Positions 29,301 to 40,162 of a stretch of DNA of 64,000 nucleotides are shown one piece after another (positions within the stretch are counted from its first letter, which is position 1; each line of letters starts with the position of its first letter). The position numbers and the translations under genes were made by a program. The stretch covers positions 39,170-103,169 of IMG/VR virus record IMGVR_UViG_3300013121_000016; one strand, given 5' to 3'. The DNA is from a virus. Taxonomy: Duplodnaviria; Caudoviricetes. The notes under the pieces are model-generated. The model did not search any database and was not told the origin of the DNA. It saw nothing but the letters and a program-made list of their open reading frames with translations.

Positions 29301-32300
29301 TACATTTACACGCGGCATTAACCAAGATACGCTTCCTAAGTTTCAACCTGAAGGAACATATCGGTATGCGCTCAATGCAGTGTTAGAAACTGAGAATGGA
29401 GACACGCCAACGGTAAGTAGCGAGTTAGGGACTACGTATTGTGCAATCGACTGGCCTACGGATAAAACACTCATAGGGCACACATTAACTGATTCAGACG
29501 ATATTGTTCTTTTCTTTTACGACCCTACGCCCTTCAGACCTGAGCACGAAATTGGAATCTATAACCCAAACACTTGTAGGTATACGACACTTGTAGTTGA
29601 CCAGTTCCTTAACTTCTCAGACAAATACCCTGTAAATGCCTTATTTCGCGTTCGTAACGGCTGTGATGGTTTTGTATACTTCACCGATAACTACAATCCT
29701 TACAGGGTCATCAACATCTCTGATACCTCAGACTGGGTAAACGGTTTTGGAATGCTCACCTCACCCTCAAAGATCCTACTGTCCCGCCCTTATACACTGC
29801 CCACAATTGCGGCACCAACTAGTCCAGTCAAGTACGTAATTGATTCTGGAGGCCAGCTTGAGTATGGAGCATACTCCTTCTATATCCGCTACCTGGACAT
29901 CGATTCTAATCCAACGAATGAATGGATTCCTCTTACTAATTATATACCTATTGGTAAAGGTCTGCAAGTAAACCAGAGCAATACTTTGTTGGGGGGAGCT
30001 TCTAATAATATTGCTTCGGCTTTATACGCAAACAAAACAAATAAGTCGATAAGATTCTCGATAGATAATCTTGATACCAACTTCAAATACTATCAGTTGG
30101 CGGTGGTTAAACGTACGTCAGATTCAGGAGCAATCTCTGGAGTAGATGTGCTATTTCCTGCACCAATCACAACAACGACGGAGCAATATACTTATACCGG
30201 ATTTAACTCTCAAGTTCTGTCTGCTGCATCAATCGAGGAGATACTAGTACCACGCCAACGCATAGAAAAAGCAGTAGCTCACGTGATCCAAGATAGGCGA
30301 CTTTATTTTGGGAATAATTCTTTTACAACGCGTGATTACTCTACTTATCAAAGGTATGCCTCTAAGATTAAATTAACTTACAAGGCGACAGCTGCTGGCG
30401 ATAGAGATGCAAAGAATCCGCAGAACTACATATATGGACACACGCTTTGCCACGATGAGATTTATGCTCTAGCTATAGTCTATGTACATGATGATGGCTC
30501 GCTCTCACCAGCCTTCCACATCCCGGGCCGCCCGGCCAATTTGGACTTTACAGGGCACACTAATCCGTACATAACATCATACACTATATGGGACCGAGAT
30601 GATATTACAGGAGATCCTAACATATTTAATCCGGCAAAAACAGAACGCTGGCAGGTCTTTTCAACGGCAACTATTGATACTGCTAACTCAAATGCTCTGG
30701 AGCACGTTGGATACTTGGGGTTTCACGAGAATCCACAAACGTACCCTATAATTGAGACCTGTGATGGTGGAGACTACTGGGGGCTAGACTGGTATGGTAA
30801 TCCGCTAGATGGAGATAAAATTCGTCACCACAGGATGCCTGCACAGTGAATGTATGTTGGAGCAGGTAACGCCTCTTACGGACAATATAGGATCACACTC
30901 GAATTAGATAATCTTGAATTTCCGGACTCATCAATTGTAGGTTACTATATTGTCTATGGAGACCGTACGGAAGATCGCACAGTCCTCGATCGCGGATTTA
31001 TTAAACCTCTATCATGGGATCCCACTGATGAAGTGTACTATTATGATTATCCTGATTGGGATATAATGTACTTGCGCTATGATGCAGAAAATAACAAGAA
31101 CTATTCTTTCGTAAGTCCTAACACATTATTTAGGTCAGCCTCTTTAGGAGGTGATTACATTTCCATAGAGAAGCGTTTGATAGCAACTCCAACAGATAAG
31201 ACGGACACTAATGTAGTTGACGCTGTTGAGTGGGATGAGACACTAACCGTCGATTCTAATATATACGAGTATAATGAATACACACGACCGACTAGAATTA
31301 ACTATAAGGTCGTTAATACTGACACTGTAACAAAGCATACAGGAACAGTTGGTAATGACGCTACGATCCAGACAGGTAACTCAACCTTCCTGCAGTCTAC
31401 GACTGGAGACCGCATGGAGAATCGTTCACGCTCCTCTAGCATAGGTATTTACGAGTTAGAGGATTACATGGAAGAGCTCGATGAAATACCTTTCGCAGAT
31501 GATGTGGACCACGTCACCGACTATACTGAGTTCGAATTCGAAGCTTTCATTGCTGCAGCTAAATCAGACAGAGACGTATTTACAAATCTATACACGATTA
31601 ACTATAAGCGTTTATCACCATATGTACATCTAGGTAATACTACACCCATACAAATTGTAGGCGGTGACATGTTTATGCCTTGGCTAGAAGTACTAGAGAA
31701 TTACTGGAACTCAACACAGACGTACACTCACTTAGTGAGCGCTCAGATAGTGTCTGATATTAACACCGAGTTCAGATATTACTCTCAAATAGATAGAGGC
31801 TTATATACGCACTACAGATATCCAGGTGGATATGACCATAAATTACTTTCTAACTATATATCCACTAAGTATTATCAGCCGACAGTAGATATCCATTCAT
31901 TCTATTCTGAGTACTACGAGGTCAATCCTAGCTATTCTTACCAGAATGTTGATAATGTGTACACGCCTATTCCTTACGACTACCAGTTCTGTAACGACTG
32001 TATAGAAAACTTTCCGTATAGAATTTACTATTCAGAGTTGGACAACGAGGAGGAAGCGCAAGATAACTTTAGAGTCATCCTTCCCAATAACTATTCTAAT
32101 ATAGAAGGGGATTCAGGACCGATTACAGACTTGTTTACGGCATTTGACCAGATATATGTTACTACAACAAATGCAATCAAACGTGTGCCAACTAAGGCAC
32201 AAACCCTTAAGTCAAACGAGAACACGATCTATATTGGAACAGCAGAAGTCCTATCCTTACCTTTAATAGATTTAGTCTCTACAGACTATGCAATGGGCGG

Positions 32301-33405
32301 CATGCCTAACTTTAAGCACAGAATCCTTACAGAGTTTGGAGTTGTTTATGCAGATCCATACTCCTCTAAACTTTTCCTACTGTCTAACCAGCTTAATGAT
32401 CTGACACAAGCCGGTATGCGTAACTTCTGGCAAGAGAATGGTAAGCTTACTTTAGCAGATCAGTTCAAGTCTATTACTGGACAGGACTATCCTTTATTGC
32501 ATACCACTTCAGCTTCTGGAGTTGGATATATTATGTCCTATGATCCAAGATACAAGCGAGCGATAATCCATAAAAGAGACTTCGAGATACTCCCCCAGTA
32601 TGCTAACACTTTGGTGTACTCAACATCTACAGATCCGTTGGTGATGTGGTTTGATGGTAGTGATTTCTACTTTAATGATGCTGCCGCTACTCCTGTTCTT
32701 TTAAGTCTTAATGATTCTAATTACTTCATGAATCGCTCATTTACCATTAGCTACTCATTCATAACGAGTGCCTTTGCGTCCTTCCACTCTTACTTCCCCA
32801 CGTACTTCTTCAATACGTACAAGACGTTTTACTCTAATGGACCCAACAAGCATAACTTCGGACCTTTCCAAACGTATTATGATATAAAGCAGCCGCACAT
32901 TATTGACTTAGTGGCTAGACAGGATAACCTTGATGGTAAGATCTCGACTAACGTTTTCTATACTTCTAACTGCGAAGAGTACGATTTTAACACTAAACAA
33001 TACAGGCCGGTAGATGCTACGTACTCAGCGATGGTCGCTTACAATAGTTACCAGACAACTGGGCTGCAGCTACTGAACTTCGTTGATACTATGTTCGGCG
33101 CACAAGATACATCTAACAGTGCTAGTGTCACTAAAGTAGATTCTAAATACAGAATTAATAATCTGCGAGATTTAACCACTTCACATACAGCACCAATTTG
33201 GTCTTCTGATTGGTCAGATCTCTCGGGCACACCTTACTTAGATAAGGTTGTGAACTTTGCGAACATAGACTACAGTAAATCTTTATTTAACACTCAAAGA
33301 CTTCGCGACCATTATCTTGGTGTTCGTTTCTTCTTTCAACCACAAGAGAACTACAGAATATCTACTGATATAGTCGCAACACAATTTGCAAATAGAAATA
33401 GATAA
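29287..33405 (+). CDS. tail stabilisation / muzzle protein (P22 gp10-like), 1372 aa with 1 TGA=Trp
   Basis: Two track ORFs abut in frame at TGA 30847-30849; FTRGINQD, YRYALNAV, VYFTDNYNP.R.IN, IRHHRMP, RIYYS, SFHSY motifs. Confidence 0.85.
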
Positions 33406-36400
33406 TGAGTAAGATTTCCCCCAAAAAAGCTAGAGAGATCCTACAAGACGGTTCAGTTAGAGGTCGCAAGCTTACGGACAAGCAACGCAAGTTCTTTGGT
33501 GCGATGGCGGCTTATGCCGAAGGTGGCCCAATCGATCCATTTGATCCTATGTACGTTAAGCCGCCTAAACCTTCTATACAGAAATTAGGCAATATAGAAT
33601 TTGATTCTAATGCAGCACGGCCAACAGGAAGTCATCCAAATAGATTTGTAGTAAAGGATATAAAGACTGGTAAAGACTATGGAGTAAAAAGATGAAATGA
33701 TGGGACTTATGATTTTTGGAATAAGGATGAACAACAATCAGAGAAAAGCTGAAGTTACTTAAAAGACGTTTACCGCGATGATGTAGACTGACTAAAGAAG
33801 AACTTACCGGAACATTCAGTAACCGTGCGTCCTGGGGTAAGGGCAAATTATAAACCGGCTTTTAATAACATGACCATAGGAAGAGATATAAGCGATTATA
33901 TCAATGAAGCTGCACATGTTTTGCAACATAGAAGCGAGCTAAAAAATTCTAATGGTTGAGGCTGAGGTTATGATCTCGGAGAAGTAGAGTACAATATTCC
34001 AGGAACAGAGGAATTCACGGCACACAAAGAACTTGCACCGTTAATAAATGATCGCTTAACTAATAAGATGCCTCTACCAAATATAGGTAAGCTTATAACT
34101 AGCAATCCAGACTCTATGCACTATGCTAATACAGATGCTTCTATAAGACTACCTAACGGCCACTTATTAGTTTCTGATGCAACGAATCCGTATAATCCTT
34201 ACACGGACTACACACCAGCAAAGCGATATAGAGAAATTGAAAGGCAGAAAGACGGCTCGTACAGACAAGTTAAGTCTTATAAATTTGAGGACTTAGATCC
34301 TGAAACTAGATATAATCTTGATAAACTGTATATAGCGAATCCTACAGCTTTAGATAATAGTATTTATGATAGTCGCAAATATAGAGATTGAAAACGTCGT
34401 ACTGGACCAATTAATATTAAAGAGGAATACGCTAATGGCGGTCCAATTGATCCACCAAACATTCAGACCTTAGGGAACATCAAGTTTGACTCCAATAAAG
34501 CTAAAAATTTTAACGGTGTCCTGTCAGTGACAGATATAAGTACGGGAAAGGATTATGGGGTAGTGCGGAATTCAGATGGGTCATACAGATGGTTCAATCC
34601 AGAAAAGGAGAAACTTCCGTCTCAAGTAGATTATTCTAAAAACTACTATAAAGATTTTATTAATTCTCCCCAATATCCTAAAATTAATTCCGTTAAAAGC
34701 TTAGTCGATCTTGAAAAACAGCTGCGGGTAGACTACCCTGATATTGACACATATCCAGCAGATATAGCAGCATATTTTAGGGAAGGCATGGCTTGAGATA
34801 AAGCTAGGGAATTCGAAGAATGGAAAGCTTCTGAATTGGAGGTAATTAAAAATGCGGATGTTAGAATTCAAAAAAGTCCCAAAGGAGGTTCCTACTCTAG
34901 GAATTCAGATGGAGTGATCTTTATCGATCCTACTGTTAAAGAAGAGCGCGTATACGATCGCCAAGATATAATTACACATGAACTAAGTCATAACAAATCT
35001 AGGGACAGTAGAAGTAAGAGTAACCCAGCTGGAAATCTGTTTAATACACATTTCAGGGGACCGTACGAGTTCAACGCAGACTTCGATCCCTTTATTGAAA
35101 GAAGTAGAATTCAGGATTACCACGACGCAAATCCAGATGAGTATAAAGCAGATGTAAACGCACTAAGGTTTAGATTTATGCGTGATGGAATATATGATCC
35201 GATGAATCAAGACTTTACAAAAGAACATCTTGAAAAAGCCAGGTCTAACAAAAAACTTTCTAAAGATCCAATTTTTCAGAGGTTTTTAAGATTAAGTAAA
35301 GATGATGATGCAGCAATCAAGGCTTTAAACAGCATTACGAGTATAGAAGATAAAACTGATGTTTCCTCGGCCGCTTACGGTGGTGAATTAGCTAACAATC
35401 AAATGAAAAGAAAAAAGAAATATGCTTATGGTGGTACTTACCAACCTGTTGGATTACCCGTCGATCCAGCTGACATCAGAGCACAGAAGGCACAACAAAG
35501 AAAAGAAGAGGGTAACTTCTGGACGGGACTAGGTAGATTTGCTACCGATTATGCATTACCCATGATTGCTTCCGCAGTAGGCGGACCTGGTGCAGGTGTG
35601 ATAGCCAGAGGTATCTCCTCAAGACTAGGCAATAACTCCCAAGGTAATTTTGCGCCTGTTACGAGTCTGCCCGACTCGCCGACTATTGATTATGTGGATC
35701 CTTCGTTCGAGCTTGATAACGGGATCAGGACAAGTGCCTACGGAGGCCCAGTCCTGCCGCCAATGTATAGTGACACTATCCCCGCCCCGAATTATTTTCC
35801 AGCAGTAATGTGGAATACACCAGCGCCCACGCGCGACACAAGCTACGACAGAGAATACCAAAGGGCTCAAATGCGCCAGGATTCTATGTTGAAGTACCGC
35901 AACACGCGCCGCTCAATGTCAAATGCTACAGGTATCGATTACGGTTCACCAATGAATACTTCCTACCTACCAGATCGAGATTATAGGGGCGGTGAAATGA
36001 ATCGCAAGTCTAAATCAAGAGATCGTTTCAGGGAGTATGATAGTGGTGGTAGGACTTCACGGTTCCCGCACGACTCTACTGTATCTCAGTTTGATTGGGT
36101 AAATCAAGGAGTACCTTCGGCTAACTCGACATCGAAAAGAGGACTCGAGGAATCTAACAGACGTGTACTTGCTGAAGGCGATACAGGAGAAGAAGTAGCA
36201 CAGCTTCAAAATTTCTTAAAAGCTAAAGGATTTTATAAAGGAGATGTTGATTCTAAGTTTGGCAAGAGAACAAAGAAAGCTGTAAAAGATTATCAGCAAT
36301 GGTTTAATGATAATGCTAAATACCCTGTAAACTATGTACAGAATGGTAACATTGTACTTTCTGGTCCAGGCCATAAGAAAGTCGATGTGGATGGTGTTGT

Positions 36401-38240
36401 AGGAGATGAAACACGTGCAGCACTGATGTATCGTGAGATGCCTGAACCTAAGTATACTCCTAAACGTGAGCCTGCTCCTTCCCCTGCTCCTAGTACCTCT
36501 CGTCAATATACAACTACAGATAACAACGCTAATGCGGGTCCTGTTATCATGGACTATCTTTACGGGCCACTATTGGGAGCTGCTGGAGCGGCAGCCGGCT
36601 ATGGAATTGCTTCTGCCGCGTCAGCAATTGGTGCTGAAGCCACGGCGACAGGAATTGCTTCTACGATAGCTAGATTGGGCCGTAGACCAGAGGGCGCTAT
36701 CAGACCTCCGTTAAATCCTAACGTTCCTACAGCTCCTACTGCACCAGGTAATCCTGGCCCAAGGGCTTTTCCTCCTAAAACACCTTCCTCTTACGGTACA
36801 CGAGTTCAGTATGCTGATGGTGGTGACATTGATCTATCAAATGATTCATTCCAGGTAAAAGGTAACCCAAATGTTACAGACTCTGAGCTGTACGATACTC
36901 CACAAGGTCCAATTAAACTTGACCATGATGAAGTGATCAAAGGGACATTTGCATTCTCTAATAAATTGCGCAACCCTCTTACAAACAAGACCTTTGCTGC
37001 AGAGGCTGCCCCAATACAACGCGGCATAGGCAAGGCCGAAAAACGCATCACTAGAGTAGGCAAAGATAAGTTTTCAGATGCTACTATTAAGTATGCTACT
37101 CAACGCTCAGAGTCTCTAGCTACAGCGCAAGAGATAGTTGCGACGCTTAAGGGTAAACGCAACCCTGATGGCTCTACTGTACAACGCTATGCTTGGGGCG
37201 GTGGTCCAGATGACCCACCGCAAGATACAATACCGCCATATCCTTACCCGCGCAGAATGATGTCTACACAGGATATGCAGTGGTTTAATACTAAGCAAGG
37301 ACTAACCACTCCATGGGATTGGGAATACCTTCAGACAGGACAGATAGGCAGAGATCCAGTTCCAACAAAGGCTACTACACCGGTAGCAAACAAAGGAAAG
37401 GCTAGATCCAAAGCCATGTCTACCGAGGAGTTCTACAATAAGTACCCTGGGTCCAGGCCTTACCCGAATTGGCCGGTACAATCGACGTACGAGAACCCAT
37501 TCTCTACTGCCCCACTCCAGCCACTGCCCACAGCCAACCCGGCCCTACAAGTTCCGTATACAGGGGTCGTGTCCCAAAAGGGTTCGTTCGAAGATCGTTA
37601 TTCTCAATTACCGCCTGATCTTAAGAAGAGTTTGACCACTAGTCCTGCTGCAGCGACACCAGGCACCACCAATACAGGTGCAACTGGTAACTACGGCAAT
37701 ACTGTAGGAGATCTGCTCCAATTGATGGAAGTAGGTTCAAAGTTTGGTCAATTGATTGGCGGCCCTGAAAAAGAACCTACCTACCAAGATAACACTCCAA
37801 TTACTCAACAAGCCTACGACGTATCTCCAGTCCTTCAACAGAACCAGGCTAACTATCAGAACGCTCTAAACTCTGTTGACACGTCTTCTTTGAATCTACG
37901 CAGAGCTCTAGGTGCTCAATTCTACGCTAATAAAATTGATGCAGATTCTAGAGTCTTGTCGCAGTATCAAGAGATGAACAATCAAAGCAAAACTCAATTC
38001 CAAGATAGAACTTCAGCCCAACGCAGATCTAACATAGGTCTTAAGATGGCAGCAGATCAGATGAACGCTCAGAATCGTGGACGTTATAATGATGCTGTTC
38101 AAAATGCATTTACATCTTTGGGTAACTATGGTCAAGCAATGAATCAACGACAGCAGTCTATGGAGGCCCTGAATATCCTACGTGCCATTTACCCAGATGT
38201 ATATGCACGCATAATGTCTCAAGCAAATGGCACTAAATAG
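33405..38240 (+). CDS. modular cargo/ejection protein, 1611 aa with 7 TGA=Trp
   Basis: Four track ORFs lie in one frame with only TGA between them (33693, 33750, 33789, 33957, 33963, 34389, 34794); zincin-like HELSH, PG_binding_1-like domain about 36165-36430, eight YAxGG-like motifs, Q/N/A-rich helical tail. Confidence 0.8.
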
Positions 38241-40161
38241 ATTTTTTAACCCAGTACCATACGAGGGGGAGCTTTATGCTCCTCCAGTGGACTTTATTGC
38301 AAAAGCCTTAGATGCAACGCAAAGGCGTTTTGACGCTAACTTTGTTGAGGCTAACGCACTGAAGAATAAGTATATTAATGCTAGACCTCAGGATCGTCCT
38401 CGTGCTGATGAAATCCAGAATGAGATCTCATCTAAGATTGACGGTATAGTGCAAAAGTACTCAGGCGACTACTCACAAGCTACAAAGGATCTCTACCTTC
38501 TGAAGTCAGATATCGAGAAGAAGCTCGCACCTGGGACAGAAGGGTACACAATCTCGGAGAACTATCGACTTTACAACGAGGCTCTAAAGAACGAAAGAGA
38601 TCGCCTTGCAAAAGGAGAAATCACTCAACAACAGTTCGAAGCATTAAAGAATCATATAGATACTACGTATAAAGGAGTAGCCGCTGATCCTGTTACTGGA
38701 GCATACAATCCTACACAGATCGAGCCCCTTGCCACCTATGTAGATTCTAACAAGATCGTATCTGAAGCTCTAGACAAGCTTAAGCCTAGGGAACAGACAC
38801 GCGTAACTCCTAAGACAAATCCTGCAACAGGACAGATTGAACTATACAAGGAGACTGTCTCGGCTATCGATCCCATGGAGGGCTATCAAGCCATTCAAGA
38901 TGCCCTTATGCAGGATGATAAGTTCCAAGCGTATTGGGATCAGATTAACCGCCTTACAGGAACAGATCCTAAAGCAGCTATGCAGGAAGTTCTTTACGGA
39001 TACGCCACTTCTACAATCCCCGCACGTACCGGTATCTTCAAGCAAGCTCAAGATTTAGAGCTGCATACTAATCCACTTCAGCTTGAGGAACTCCGTTTCC
39101 GTAATCGTGTTAGATTTGATCAGTACAAGCGCAAGCAGGATCAAGCCGAGATGTATGATGGTACCGAGCTCTCTGTTCTGGGTACTGCCGCCACCGGTCC
39201 TAACATGTTTAAGCCTATTAGCTTAGAAGGTAGTTTGACTACTGGAGCACTCCCATTCATTATGGGTAGGACAGGTAAACCTAACGTAGATCAGATCCTG
39301 TCTAGCCGTTCTCGTGGGGACGTTAATTACCCACTCCTTAAGTCTATTAGAGCAGCTAATCCTAACATGCAATCTGATGACGTGCTTCGTATCTATAATG
39401 AGAATGTAGTGAAGGGTGACAAGTACGGTACAGATATATACTATACTAAATATGCTACGACCAAAGCGCAGAACGAAGAGGCTGATAGATTAATTCCTTC
39501 TCTACTTACTGGCCAAGTTCCTCTCTATGAGTACGATACTCGTACTGGACGCATCAGAAAGATTGAAGAAGCTAGCGAACGAATCAAGTTGGCCACCTCA
39601 TGGTACGATAAAGATACTCGCAAAGCTAACATCAAAGCTTTAGGCAAGTCAACCATCCAGTCTGGACATTTACCCTTCGGTACAATTCTTGCTCCAACTG
39701 GAGAAAAGGGTGGTTACTTTAGTAGCGGTACTGGCGGTAAATACTATGTTGCCGCTGACCCAGGTGTGAAAATGAATCAGTTAAACTTTGGCTTAGACGG
39801 ACATGGAGGTATTCGCAAAAAAGCATTCGGCTTTATTCAAGATCCCACACAAGACTTTGGTGATACATTCGATATCCAATTTGCAGATGGTTCCAAAGTA
39901 GAAGTCATGGGCGCCAAAGAGTACATTTACGAACCTTCGTCCAGACAAGCAATTCCTCAGGTAAGATACTATACTGTCAAGCGTAACGGTATAGGTGGTT
40001 GGGTCCCCAATTATGATGACCCTCTTACCGAAAATGGCCGCTATCTCACTCCTTATGATATAGAAATGCTCCTCATTCCTCCGTCAGAAGTAGTTAAACG
40101 TTTTCCAAGAAATCCAATTAGTCCATCTAAAGAATCAGATGTTCCATTAGAATCATATTAA
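38227..40161 (+). CDS. putative ejected/cargo protein
   Basis: 644 aa; NRF..P..Y...YAPP N-terminus; lies between the cargo and RNAP genes. Confidence 0.6.
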   Translation: MALNRFFNPVPYEGELYAPPVDFIAKALDATQRRFDANFVEANALKNKYINARPQDRPRADEIQNEISSKIDGIVQKYSGDYSQATKDLYLLKSDIEKKLAPGTEGYTISENYRLYNEALKNERDRLAKGEITQQQFEALKNHIDTTYKGVAADPVTGAYNPTQIEPLATYVDSNKIVSEALDKLKPREQTRVTPKTNPATGQIELYKETVSAIDPMEGYQAIQDALMQDDKFQAYWDQINRLTGTDPKAAMQEVLYGYATSTIPARTGIFKQAQDLELHTNPLQLEELRFRNRVRFDQYKRKQDQAEMYDGTELSVLGTAATGPNMFKPISLEGSLTTGALPFIMGRTGKPNVDQILSSRSRGDVNYPLLKSIRAANPNMQSDDVLRIYNENVVKGDKYGTDIYYTKYATTKAQNEEADRLIPSLLTGQVPLYEYDTRTGRIRKIEEASERIKLATSWYDKDTRKANIKALGKSTIQSGHLPFGTILAPTGEKGGYFSSGTGGKYYVAADPGVKMNQLNFGLDGHGGIRKKAFGFIQDPTQDFGDTFDIQFADGSKVEVMGAKEYIYEPSSRQAIPQVRYYTVKRNGIGGWVPNYDDPLTENGRYLTPYDIEMLLIPPSEVVKRFPRNPISPSKESDVPLESY

Positions 40162-40162
40162 T

